DNA from: Amoebidium appalachense
Lineage: Eukaryota > Protista > Ichthyosporea
DNA length: 64,000 bases
Assembly: GCA_963693365.1 (NCBI GenBank)
Contig: CAVNZM010000018.1
Coordinates: 925,861 to 989,860 of the forward strand
Direction of reading: 5' to 3'
The translations under genes were made by a program, and so were the position numbers. The notes below the pieces were generated by a model. It saw only the letters and a list, made by a program, of their open reading frames with translations. It was not told the origin of the DNA and did no database searches. Positions 52,345 through 64,000 of the stretch are shown one piece after another. Each line of letters opens with the position of its first letter. Position 1 is the first letter of the stretch.

Positions 52345-55300
52345 CTGCGTGCCAAGTTCCAAGCGGCATGTGACTCCCTCGGCCTCAACGAGTATGGGTT
52401 CCATCTTCACAGTCTTCGCCATGGTGGTGCCTCGAGAGACTATGTCAGGGGTGTTTCAGTAGAGACGATTGCTCTGCGTGGTCGATGGAGATCGCATGCC
52501 TCCCTCCGCCGGTATGTGCAGGCCGGCCAGTCTCTTGTTCTTTCTATTCGCGTGCCTGCGTCGCTCCTTGCCAGGGCTGCAGCGCTGCGTCAGTCACCCA
52601 CGGCATGGTTTATAATGAGCTTGCGCGGCCCCAGGGAGGTCAGTTGCGGCGCTACTGAGCGCGTTTAGGTCTCTTTAGGCCCAATTTTTTAGCTAAGTTT
52701 TTGCAACTCTAGTCCCCGTTTTTCGCGCTGTTGTTCGTTTTTTCTCTAGTGTTTTTGCCCAGGAGCGCGCGCTTAGCTTCGGCAGCATCTGGTAAGAGTT
52801 TTGCGCGCGCGCCTTTGCGTTTTAGCTGGTTTTCGGACGATTTTTGCGGTGTCGGTTTTCCCGCGTTTTTGCATTTTCCAGTCTTCGTTTTCAAGTGTTC
52901 GTGCTCTAGTCTGGTTTGTAAGCATTGCAATGGCCCCTCCTCCTGCTCAGGTCGCCAAGGGGGCCGCTCTCCTCGAAAAGCTTTTGGAGATCTCTACCGA
53001 TGCGGACGACGCAAGTCTCAAAAGTCTGGCCGTTTTGCAGTCCAACGCCCTCCCCTGGAACAGCCTGCCGGCAGAAACCGTCAACAGTGTGGTTTCAGCC
53101 CTCAAGGCGCGCTCGGTGGCTTTTGATGACCCTGAGATGGTCGGTTGGAAAGTCACCGACCAGCTGCACTTGCTCTGTCGCACTCCTCGCAGCGGCCGTG
53201 CCTCCCCCCCACCTGGGTCGCCCTCTCCCCAGCGGCGTTCTGACGGTGAAGACGTTTTGGCCAACTGCGACGGCGGCCTTCTCAAGCCTGTTCCTCCTGT
53301 TGCTGGGGCCTGAGGATTGCCTCTATTTTGGCAAGTCGGACATGGACAACCAGTTCCATCGTCTTCTTGCCCCGGAGTGGCTGTGGCGGTACTTCGGATT
53401 GCCGCCTGTGTCTTCGGAGGCTGTTGGCATTTCTGGGCCCGACCGGCTTGTGTACCCGGCCCTCAAGACCGTGCCCATGGGCTGGGTGCATTCTGTGCTT
53501 GTCGCTCAAGACGTCCATGGGCAGTTGGCTGACCGAGGCGGCATGCCCCGCATTGAGCGCCTCTGTGCGATAGTGCCGCGGCCTGTGGAGGCCACGCAGC
53601 ATGCCCTGTATGTGGACGACTGTGGCTGGGTCGGCACAGATGCCACCGCCATCAATCGTCAGCGTACATTGTATCATGGCGTCACCGGCCCAGCTGGTCT
53701 TCCCTCCAATGTCAAGAAGGATGTGGCTGCTGGTTCGTCGTCCTCTATGGTGCTGCTAGGCCTGGAAATGCATCGCTCTGGGATATTGCGCCCGTCTGGC
53801 GCTTCCTTGTGCCGTCTGGTGGCGGAAACCCAGGCCGTGTTGCGTCGTGGTGTCGTCACGCAGCTCCGTTTGCAGCAGTTGCTTGGTGGTTGGGTGTGGG
53901 CGGCACTGCTGCAGCGGCCGCTTTTGTCGGTTCTGAGTGCCGTCTACAGTTTTGTGGAGCAGCTGGGGGGTCGGGAACAGCCCCTTCCCCCGCCCGTGGT
54001 GTGGGAGCTTCAGGCGATGTGTGCTTTGGCCCCTTTGATGCGTTGTGATTTGCGTTCTGGGTTTGCTAGCACCATGTTCTGCACTGATGCTTCCTTGTTG
54101 GGGTGGTGCAGTGGTGTCCCAGGTGCTTCCAGCAACGCTTCTCCGCGCAGTGCTGCCTCACTGCAACCGGCGTGGCCACTACAGCCAGCTGTCTGGTCCT
54201 GTGCACGAGCCAAGCCCGCCGGGACCTATCCTGGCAGCTGTTGGTGGCCGGTGGACCACCAACATCAGTCATCGTTGGCGCCACTCCGACCACATCAACA
54301 TTCTGGAGGGAGAAACCTATTAACTACCTTTGGGGCCTTGATTCAACAGCGCTGCTTGGGGCTGTTGCTAAGGGTTGTTCAGCATCCCGACGCCTTAACC
54401 GTGTATGCCGCCAGGTGGCTGCCTACACGCTTGCCCTCGACATTCGTTTGTATTGTGTGTGGCTGCCGTCAGCCCACAATCCTGCAGATGGTCCCTCGCG
54501 GTTTTCTGGCTGACCAGGCCATAAAGCCCCCAACCCTCAAGGCCTACCGGGATGCTGTTGTTGAGTTCCTGGATTGGTTGCCCCCTGGTACCGACATCAA
54601 GTCCCCCGCCGAACTGGACGACCTCCTGGTGGAGTATTTTGAGGAGTGTTATGCCATTGATCCATCGCGTGGCCAGCGTCAGCGCTGTGTCAACACAGCT
54701 GCCGGCATCAAGCATTTCATGCCACGCCTGGGTCCACACCTGCAGGCCGCCCAACGGAGCCTGCAGGGCTGGAACCGGCTTGTTCCAGCAAAAACCACGC
54801 CCCCGCTTCCGTTTTCATTGGTCCTCGTCATTGGCCATCATTTGTATTCCAAAATTGGCCCCTTGTTTGGTATTGCTGTTTTGCTTGGATTTGAGTGTTA
54901 TTTTCGTGTCAGTGAGCTGCTTATGCTCACTCGTGCGGATCTTATTTTGCCCAACGACCCCGTTCCCCACGACATGCCACCGGGTACAGGCGGCATACGC
55001 CTGGCCGACACCAAGACCGGTCCAAATCAGTTTGTCCCCATCACCAATCCGTCCCTGTTGGCCATCCTGTCTTTCTGGTTCCGTGGCGCCCCCCCTTTTG
55101 CGCGGCTGTTTCCTTTCTCGTATGATGTTCTGCGTGCCAAGTTCCAAGCGGCATGTGACTCCCTCGGCCTCAACGAGTATGGGTTCCATCTTCACAGTCT
55201 TCGCCATGGTGGTGCCTCGAGAGACTACGTCCGGGGTGCTTCAGTAGAGACGATTGCTCTGCGTGGTCGATGGAGATCGCATGCCTCCCTCCGCCGGTAT

Positions 55301-55452
55301 GTGCAGGCCGGCCAGTCTCTTGTTCTTTCTATTCGCTTGCCTGTGTCGCTCCTTGCCGGGATGCAGCGCTGCGTCAGTCACCCACGGCATGGTTTGTTCC
55401 TTCCCGTGCCAGGTAGGGAGTGGTGGAGCACACCTGTGCCTGCTTGTGAGAT
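52345..55452 (+). mobile_element. Rearranged, inverted YR copy 5 (YR fragment + A fragment + gag/RT with deletion + YR + partial B1)
   Basis: Junctions at ~52345 (TTCTGC microhomology), ~52610, ~53248, ~53297 and ~55452. Confidence 0.88.
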
Positions 55453-55937
55453 TGCAAAAACTTAGCTTAAAAATTGGGCCTAGACTTGAAGAGACCTAAA
55501 CGCGCTCAGTAGCGCCGCAACTGACCTCCCTGGGGCCGCGCAAGCTCATTATATAGCGCGGCCCACATTTTTGCCTATGGAAATATGAAGAAATGACTTA
55601 GAACCTATCAAATCCATGAAATCTACCAAAATGGAATTTTTGCTGCACATCAACCAATGAAAAATTTTCACAAGTGGCTAAAACCCCTAGATCACAAAGA
55701 CCAAATCAATTGCCGCCCATTTCGGACTAGATATAACTCAAACTCATCAATATATCCATATGGCATATCCCACAGAACATAAAAACAGCTACAGCTCCCT
55801 AAATAAAAATGCTAGCAGCCTGAAACTTTGCACACACATCAAACACACCAAGGCCTACAACATGCTACTACTACGAATTTTACAGCACACTCGCAACACA
55901 CAATTTCACTCAAACGGGGCTATCTAATTCTCCTGCA

Positions 55938-56633
55938 AAGAATATTTAGTTTGTAAACGTGTTTTCTTTGCAGGAGAATTAGTTAGCCCCGTTGGAGTGA
56001 CATTGTGTGTTGCGAGTGTGCTGTAAAATTCGTAGTAGTAGCATGGTGTAGGCCTTGGTGTGTTTGATGTGTGTGCAAAGTTTCAGGCTGCTAGCATTTT
56101 TATTTAGGGAGCTGTAGCTGTTTTTATGTTCTGTGGGATATGCCATATGGATATATTGATGAGTTTGAGTTATATCTAGTCCGAAATGGGCGGCAATCAA
56201 TTTGGTCTTTGTGATCTAGGGGTTTTAGCCACTTGTGAAAATTTTTCATTGGTTGATGTGCAGCAAAAATTCCATTTTGGTAGATTTCATGGATTTGATA
56301 GGTTCTAAGTCATTTCTTCATATTTCCATTGGCAAAAATGTGGGCCGCGCTATGTAATGAGCTTGCGCGGCCCCAGTGAGGTCAGTTGCGGCGCTACTGA
56401 GCGCGTTTAGGTCTCTTTAGGCCCAATTTTTTAGCTAAGTTTTTGCCCACCCACCACACCCTTTGCCTATTTAGGCACTAGGCTACGTTTTTTGAGCATG
56501 TTTCTGTATGACATTTGTCATTCTTTTCATTGCTCCTGTGGAGCACACCTGTGCCTGCTTGTGAGATTGATCCACAGGCACCGGCTCATGTATCCCCTTG
56601 CTGGGGCTGGTAAAGACGACGTTGGCATAAGAA
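55938..56633 (+). mobile_element. Solo A-spacer-B unit inserted into repeat A1 of copy 4
   Basis: AAGAA shared; flanks rejoin to CTGCAAAGAAAACACG of repeat A. Confidence 0.92.
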
Positions 56634-56654
56634 AACACGTTTACAAACTAAATA

Positions 56655-57317
56655 TTGCAACCCACCAACAATCATGGGAGGCAGGTCGTTCGCACACCTT
56701 GCACGACTATAGACATACAGGCTAGCATCGAAGCTGCTAGGGCACATGCACACCCACTTAGTCCTCAAACCACCGTCCGTGAAGTCGTAAGTCTGTACGA
56801 AAAGGCACTCAACGGTGGGGGTGTATATGCTGCACACGTTGACCTCCCCCCGCCGAAAAGACGCCTGCATAGCATTCCTGATCTGACACAACTGGTCAAT
56901 GCAACACCCCTTGGTCGGCCTCATTATCTTCAGGACTTGCCTGGTATCAATCGGCCGTTTAGTTACGTGCACTTATCACCTGCGAAGAAGGGAGGTTCTG
57001 TGTTTGAAATTCACTCGAAGGACAACGGGGTGCCGTCTTGTTCACTACATGTTGCTGGCTACCCAAAATTCTGGTTTTGTTACCCACCCTCGGTGTATCG
57101 AAAGATCGTAGCCAAACTGCAGGAAGACTTAGGTGTTGAGTGCAAAAACCCCATACAACACAAGACGTTCATTCCTACCGCCGAAGCAATCATGGAATGG
57201 GTGAAGGAGGGTCTGGTCTCTGAGGTGCTGGTGCAGTACCCTGGTGACCTTGTCATGACCACGCCATTTGTGTTGTACTTAGCATGTATTGAGAATATGT
57301 TTGTAATGACCTCGTAA
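56655..57317 (+). CDS. JmjC-domain protein (KDM4/KDM5-like histone demethylase fold), metal ligands partly substituted
   Basis: LPGINRPFSY..GSVFEIHSKD..SCSLHVAGYPKFWFCYPP...C..PIQHKTFI...VQYPGDLVMTTP..LY parallels KDM4 GVNTPYLY..F.WH.ED..G.PK.W..PP..C..LRHK..Q.AGEF.IT.P..YH. Confidence 0.8.
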   Translation: MQPTNNHGRQVVRTPCTTIDIQASIEAARAHAHPLSPQTTVREVVSLYEKALNGGGVYAAHVDLPPPKRRLHSIPDLTQLVNATPLGRPHYLQDLPGINRPFSYVHLSPAKKGGSVFEIHSKDNGVPSCSLHVAGYPKFWFCYPPSVYRKIVAKLQEDLGVECKNPIQHKTFIPTAEAIMEWVKEGLVSEVLVQYPGDLVMTTPFVLYLACIENMFVMTS

Positions 57318-58053
57318 TACTCTTGTGACTTCGGTCGGGATGTTGAGTGCCCAACCATTCCTACACAGATAAATCCGGCAGCAAGGACAGCTCCAGCAGC
57401 AAGGACAGCTCCAAGCAACCCATTCCGTCGACCCCCGCCCCCGTCTTGGCCCCCATGAACTACTCTAAACTGGACATCGCGTTTGCTGCCCTCCTGCGCG
57501 CGCAAGTGCCGGAGTTGACTAATCGTGATGCTCTGGACATTGAATTTGGCACGAAGACACCATCGAAAAGGGCAGGCATCGCGAATTTCGCTACGACGGG
57601 TGTCCTCAAGCGCGCCGCGCCGCTCCCTCCCAGGACGACGACCCCCCCAAGAAGCCCAAGGTCAAGAAGATGAAGTTGTCTGATTTGTCCTCCAATGAGG
57701 CTACTGCGGATGGTGAGTTGATGTTGAACACCGCTGTGGTAATGCATCCCCGGCCCCCCATCCTCCCCATCTAGCCCCCCCCCCCCCCTGCCCCCCTCCC
57801 AATGACACCGCCAAACCTTGAAGACATCGTCCCCCCCCCCCCCCTCCCAATGACACGGCCAAACCTTGAAGACAACGTTTGAAGCAATTAAGAATGTTCA
57901 ACCGTGTATCAAATCCAAACCCCTAAAAACCCTATTCTATGATTCACGTCAGTTAACGAATCAATTAGTCATGTGCATGTCTTCAATAAATCTTTGTTCC
58001 ATGAGATAAAAGAGACCTTCTAACCAACCCTCTCTTTATTCCATCCAATGCAG

Positions 58054-60021
58054 GCAAGGCTTCTTCGGAAGCACCCCAAGACCGGCCCTGTGTACACCAC
58101 GGTGCTCATGAAGTTTGGCGCCAACATCCAGAATGATCCCCAGCGCCTTATCAAGGCCATCGCTATGACGCTCAAGAAAGACCCCCCCACGGGAAACCCC
58201 TCCTGGGGGAAGGTTTCCGACGAGGAGATTCAAGAAGCCATCGTGTCCTTCGGCAAGCTGAAGCGCACTGATGAAGACTTCAAGCTCAGGTCCAAGTAAG
58301 TAACCCCCCCCTCCCCCCCCCCACACCCCCCCCCCCCCCCCACCCCCCCTCCCCCCCCCCCCCCCCCTTCGAAGCGCAATCACACACACACAAGCACACC
58401 ACAGCATCCCTAAGTGTTCTATCCATCATATGGAGGTGCTCATAGGGTCGATATACGGCATCGTATCATTCTGATACATTGGCAATATGTTAGTGAACAC
58501 TTGTTGTACTTCTGATTAAGTTTACGTGTCCCTCATATGTTCGTAATAGCTGTGGCATTGTATCGAAATACTATTGCCAACATGTCTTCGATATGTAAAT
58601 GATATTCTTATGCCAACGTCGTCTTTACCAGCCCCAGCAAGGGGATACATGAGCCGGTGCCTGTGGATCAATCTCACAAGCAGGCACAGGTGTGCTCCAC
58701 AGGAGCAATGAAAAGAATGACAAATGTCATACAGAAACATGCTCAAAAAACGTAGCCTAGTGCCTACTAAATAGGCAAAGGGTGTGGTGGGTGGGCAAAA
58801 ACTTAGCTAAAAAATTGGGCCTAAAGAGACCTAAACGCGCTCAGTAGCGCCGCAACTGACCTCCCTGGGGCCGCGCAAGCTCATTATAGAGCGCGGCCCA
58901 CATTTTTGCCTATGGAAATATGAAGAAATGACTTAGAACCTATCAAATCCATGAAATCTACCAAAATGGAATTTTTGCTGCACATCAACCAATGAAAAAT
59001 TTTCACAAGTGGCTAAAACCCCTAGATCATAAAGACCAAATCGATTGCCGCCCATTTCGGACTAGATATAACTCAAACTCATCAATATATCCATATGGCA
59101 TATCCCACAGAACATAAAAACAGCTACAGCTCCCTAAATAAAAATGCTAGCAGCCTGAAACTTTGCACACACATCAAACACACCATGGCCTACAGCATTA
59201 TACTACCACGAAGTTTACAGCACACTCGCAACACACAATTTCACTCCAACGGGGCTATCTAATTCTCCTGCAAAGAAAACACGTTTACAAACTTAATATT
59301 GACCTTGTATTGTTCATATGTTTCTAGTGAGTGATATTGTCGTCGACATACTTTACTTCTTGCAAGTAGTGTTGGACAACTATCCATAGGTTTACATTAA
59401 AATGTTTGGTTATCTTGTTGACTTTATTATATAACGACATTAACACCCACCACCCAAACATGGCAGGTTCAGCAGGGCCATGTCACAGGCCAAGCACAAC
59501 GTCGTCAAGTCTGTCCGGCGGCAAATGCCCATGTTCAGTGTGCTTCCAGGAAACGTCAGGGTAAGCTTCTTCCTAAACCCTGGTTGCTTGTGTGTTCAAA
59601 CCCCAAACACTGCCTGCAATGTAGAGTTTTATAGTCAGAGTGTAGATGACAAAAATGAATGTGCCCATGATACTATGCTAATAGTAGCTGTTTGTTAGGC
59701 AGTGAACACCTTTTACCCTTGACAAGTTATTGAATCTGTTTGTACATTCCTTCGTCAGCACTCACTCACTGACATGCACATCTCTTCTTGCAGATCTTGG
59801 ACAGGGATGTCCCCAGGGAGTTCACGTCCCGGTGGCCGTTCTGGCAGAGCCTCATGGATATCATCGACCTTGCCTCAGGCATGTCAGATGGCAGCAGGGC
59901 TTTCCGCAACCCAGAGACCGGCCACCCTTTTGGGAACCCAGCGCTCCTCGACCTGCTATTGGCCTTGGATGAAGTGCGAAACCGCGCCAACGACATGGAC
60001 ATCACCTTCGAGACCATTGAC
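58054..60021 (+). CDS. Unknown multi-exon gene (exons ~58054-58295, ~59467-59560, ~59794-60021)
   Basis: CAG acceptors and GTAAG donors join in frame: ...DFKLRSK/FSRAMSQAKHNVVK...GNVR/ILDRDVPREF...TFETID. Confidence 0.6.
58602..59300 (-). mobile_element. Solo A-spacer-B unit in an intron
   Basis: ATATT shared at both ends. Confidence 0.92.
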
Positions 60022-60094
60022 GTAAGTCCACCCCCCCCCCCCCCAAAACTCCCCTCCCCCCCCCCCCCACACACACACCCTTATCCCTTCCCAT

Positions 60095-60660
60095 AATATT
60101 TACTTTGTAAACGTGTTTTCTTTGCAGGAGATTAGATAGCCCCGTTGGAGTGAAATTGTGTGTTGCGAGGGTGCTGTAAAATTCGTAGTAGGAGCATGTT
60201 GTAGGCCTTAGTGTGTTTGATGTGTGTGCAAAGTTTCAGGCTGCTAGCATTTCTATTTAGGGAGCTGTAGCTGTTTTTATGTTCTGTGGGATATGCCATA
60301 TGGATATATTGATGAGTTTGAGTTATATCTAGTCTGAAATGGGCGGCAATCGATTTGGTCTTTGTGTCTAGGGGTTTTAGCCACTTGTGAAAAATTTTCA
60401 TTGGTTGATGTGCAGCAAAAATTCCATTTTGGTAGATTTCATGTATTTGATAGGTTTTAAGTCATTTCTTCATATTTCCATAGGCAAAAATGTGGGCCGC
60501 GCTATATAATGAGCTTGCGCGGCCCCAGGGAGGTCAGTTGCGGCACTACTGAGCGCGTTTAGGTCTTTTTAGGCCCAATTTTTTTAGCTAAGTTTTTGCC
60601 CACCCACCACACCCTTTGCCTATTTAGGCACTAGGCTACGTTTTTTGAGCATGTTTCTGT
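60095..60660 (+). mobile_element. A + partial spacer of a solo unit, interrupted by copy 6
   Basis: Repeat A then spacer breaks at CATGTTTCTGT|AT, where a new A begins. Confidence 0.88.
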
Positions 60661-63600
60661 ATATTAAGTTTGTAAACGTGTTTTCTTTGCAGGAGAATTA
60701 GATAGCCCCGTTGGAGTGAAATTGTGTGTTGCGAGTGTGCTGTAAACTTCGTGGTAGTATAATGTTGTAGGCCATGGTGTGTTTGATGTGTGTGCAAAGT
60801 TTCAGGCTGCTAGCATTTTTATTTAGGGAGCTGTAGCTGTTTTTATGTTCTGTGGGATATGCCATATGGATATATTGATGAGTTTGAGTTATATCTAGTC
60901 CGAAATGGGCGGCAATCGATTTGGTCTTTATGATCTAGGGGTTTTAGCCACTTGTGAAAATTTTTCATTGGTTGATGTGCAGCAAAAATTCCATTTTGGT
61001 AGATTTCATGGATTTGATAGGTTCTAAGTCATTTCTTCATATTTCCATAGGCAAAAATGTGGGCCGCGCTCTATAATGAGCTTGCGCGGCCCCAGGGAGG
61101 TCAGTTGCGGCGCTACTGAGCGCGTTTAGGTCTCTTAGGCCCAATTTTTTAGCTAAGTTTTTGCAACTCTAGTCCCCGTTATTCGCGCTCTTGTTCGTTT
61201 TTTCTCTAGTTTGTTTTGCCCAGGAGCGCGCGCTTAGCTTCGGCAGCATCTGGTAAGAGTTTTGCGTGCGCGCCGTTGCGTTTTAGCTGGTTTTCGGACG
61301 TTTTTTGCGGTGTCGGTTTTCCCACGTTTTTGCATTTTCCAGTCGTCGTTTTCAAGTTTTTGTGCTCTAGTCTGGTTTGTGAGCATTGCAATGGCCCCTC
61401 CTCCTGCTCTGGTCGCCAAGGGGGCCGCTGTTCTCGAAAAGCTTTTGGAGATCTCTACCGATGCAGACGACGCAAGCCTCAAAAGTCTGGCCGTTTTGCA
61501 GTCCAACGCCCTCCCCTGGAACAGCCTGCCGGCAGAAACCGTCAACAGTGTGGTTTCAGCCCTCAAGGCGCGCTCGGTGGCTTTTGATGACCCTGAGATG
61601 GTCGGTTAGAAAGTCACCGACCAGCTGCACTTGCTCTGTCGCACTCCTCGCAGCGGCCGTGCCTCCCCCCCACCTGGGTCGCCCTCTCCCCAGCGGCGTT
61701 CTGACGGTGTAGACGTCCAAGAGCAGCTGCAGGCGCTTTCTGCCCAAGTGCAAGCCCTCTCTGTTGCCCAGTCTGGTCGCCCCAAGAAGCCCTCTGCCGG
61801 CGGCCTGCTGAGCACGCTGTCTGCGCGGGCAAAGGGCAAGGAGCCTGTCTATGCGTACGACACCGGCAGTGAAGACACCCCATCGTCGAGTGAGGATTCT
61901 GATTCCAGCAGCAGTGGCTACGGTCGTTCCTCTGGCAGCCGTCGTTCCTCTGGCCGTTCCAAACCCAACCCCAGCCGTTATCTGCTCTCCAGCGGCGCCA
62001 AAGTCAACCTGCGCGTCAAAGAACGTCTGGCCCCTTCCTACCTCAAGAGCACCTTGGCTGACCAGGCCTCGGTCACTGCGGCTGTCCACGCGGCGGATTG
62101 GGTCAGCTACCGCAACAAACGGAAGGCTCTGACGCTTGCCCGTATGCTGGATCTGCTGCTGGCCGCCGACCCTAAGGCCCGCAAGGAGTCACCTGCTGTG
62201 GAAGTTGGTGTGCGCCGTCTGCTGGCTGTGCAGACTGCTGATCAGTCCAACGGGGACTGGGCTGTTGCATAGCAGTTTGAGGAGCTCCCTGCGCGCAGCC
62301 TGCCCCTGCCCCCTGCCTTGGCCACCCGGGCTGTTCGTCAAGCCAAGACCCTCGCCGAAGTCACCCGGGCTCGGCGCGGACCCGGCAGTGGCCCATCCGG
62401 AGCCGGTCCATCGACCCCTCCGGGGACCGGTGGGCAGAGGGCCTAAACGGCCCTTTGGGGGTTCGGCACGTGGTTCTGTATATTATTTTCTTGTGGCTTC
62501 CTGCCACGTGCCCTTGATTAAATATGCCCCCTAATTTTCTAAGGATTCCACAGCTATGCCACGTCATGTCTTTGCCGCCTCTGATTTGTTTCCTGTTCCG
62601 GCCATTCCTGTGCCGGACCGTTCTGGACAAGCCCGTCTACGGAATCAACGCCGTCGGCAACGTCTGTCTCACCGCCTGAAGGGGGTTACCTTGGCTAACC
62701 GTTGTCTTGGTGCCCTCAACGAGCTGTGGGCAGGCGGCCCTTGCCCATTCCCGACCCGGTTGGTGAACAGTCACCACCATGCCCTGTGGACCTTTGTCCT
62801 TAGGGCCAGCTACGATGCTATACGCGCGGGTGTCTATGACGCTCAGCCTGCGAGTAGTGTCTTGGCTGCGTTCCCCGCAGCCTACCCTGTATTGACAGGA
62901 TGGCTACCTCTCACGGCGGCAAATGCCGCTCTGCCACCCCCTGGGGTTGGAGCCACAGTGGACGTGTTGCAGTTTTAGTCTCCTACACTGCAGCCGTTTT
63001 TGGCCAACTGCGACGGCGGCCTTCTCAAGCCTGTTCCGCCGACGCCTGCAGAGCTGCGCCGCATCCGACCGGCGCATCACGTTCCCAGTGGGGAATACGG
63101 TCCCCTGCTTCTTCGGCTTCAAGACTGCGGCATGATGCACTATTTCGAGGCGAAGGAAAAACCACTGGCCATCAATGGGCTGTTTGGGGTCCCCAAAGAC
63201 ACCAGAGCCCGCGTCATTTTTGACGGCCGCCGTGGCAACCTGTTCTTTGCCCGTGATCATCCTGCCCTCCAGGTGCACCTGCCCAACCCTGCCGATTTTG
63301 CCGATCTGTTGCTGGGGCCTGAGGATTGCCTCTATTTTGGCAAGTCGGACATGGACAACCAGTTCCATCGTCTTCTTGCCCCGGAGTGGCTGTGGCGGTA
63401 CTTCGGATTGCCGCCTGTGTCTTCGGAGGCTGTTGGCATTTCTGGGCCCGACCGGCTTGTGTACCCGGCCATCAAGACCGTGCCCATGGGCTGGGTGCAT
63501 TCTGTGCTTGTGGCTCAAGACGTCCATGGGCAGTTGGCTGACCGAGCCGGCATGCCCCGCATTGAGCGCCTCTGTGCGATAGTGCCGCGGCCTGTGGAGG

Positions 63601-64000
63601 CCACGCAGCATGCCCTGTATGTGGACGACTGTGGCTGGGTCGGCACAGATGCCACCGCCATCAATCGTCAGCGTGCATTGTATCATGGCGTCACCGGCCC
63701 AGCTGGTCTTCCCTCCAATGTCAAGAAGGATGTGGCTGCTGGTTCGTCGTCCTCTATGGTGCTGCTAGGCCTGGAAATGCATCGCTCTGGGATATTGCGC
63801 CCGTCTGGCGCTTCCTTGTGCCGTCTGGTGGCGGAAACCCAGGCCGTGTTGCGTCGTGGTGTCGTCACGCAGCTCCGTTTGCAGCAGTTGCTTGGTGGTT
63901 GGGTGTGGGCGGCACTGCTGCAGCGGCCGCTTTTGTCGGTTCTGAGTGCCGTCTACAGTTTTGTGGAGCAGCTGGGGGGTCGGGAACAGCCCCTTTCCCC
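60661..64000 (+). mobile_element. YR retrotransposon copy 6 (A1, gag and RT with premature stops), runs off the window
   Basis: Full A1 60661-61163; gag 61391-62446 with TAG stops; RT from 62556 with YVDD. Confidence 0.92.

Larger units (their letters stand above)
43099..56656 (-). mobile_element. YR retrotransposon copy 4 (P/THAP transposon in the YR gene, inverted rearranged block in gag, solo unit in A1)
   Basis: B2-A2-B1 43099-43900; YR split at 44408/48890; RT/RH 49302-51324; gag to ~52347; A1 55453-56656; ATT shared at both ends. Confidence 0.85.

Noticed and set aside
52925-55465. 846-aa ORF suggesting an RT-YR fusion protein
   Set aside because: Produced by deletions and frameshifts in rearranged copy 5; the N-terminus and RNase H region are out of frame, and the other copies keep RT and YR in separate frames
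18317-58746. Recurrent small ORFs MSMFLYDICHSF... and MHTHQTHQG...
   Set aside because: Non-ATG-start translations of the spacer/B and A repeats that run into unrelated flanks; no coding evidence

Overview
Eukaryotic, intron-rich DNA. Positions 1-5.6 kb hold the 3' part of a P4-type ATPase (phospholipid flippase) gene with canonical GT-AG introns full of poly-G and minisatellites. From about 8.4 kb to the window end is a nested transposon island. It is dominated by one tyrosine-recombinase (YR) retrotransposon family with Ngaro/PAT-type split direct repeats (A1-gag-RT/RNaseH-YR-B1-A2-spacer-B2). There are six long copies, all damaged, plus eight ~690-bp solo A-spacer-B units (some partial) and one divergent sister unit. 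All join their targets through short identity around the AAT of the B/A junction, and several sit inside other copies of the family. An intact APE-RT LINE and a P-element/THAP-type DNA transposon are nested in YR copies. Removing the YR copies by hand rejoins a ~14-kb underlying sequence. It carries a multi-exon Plavaka-type transposase, a PLD/Nuc (Zucchini-like) nuclease ORF split in two by a YR insertion, a KDM4-like JmjC domain, unknown spliced genes and 191/183/427-bp tandem arrays. This is possibly a giant cargo-carrying element with chromatin/RNA-silencing-related genes. All family assignments come from motif recognition by eye; no searches were run.
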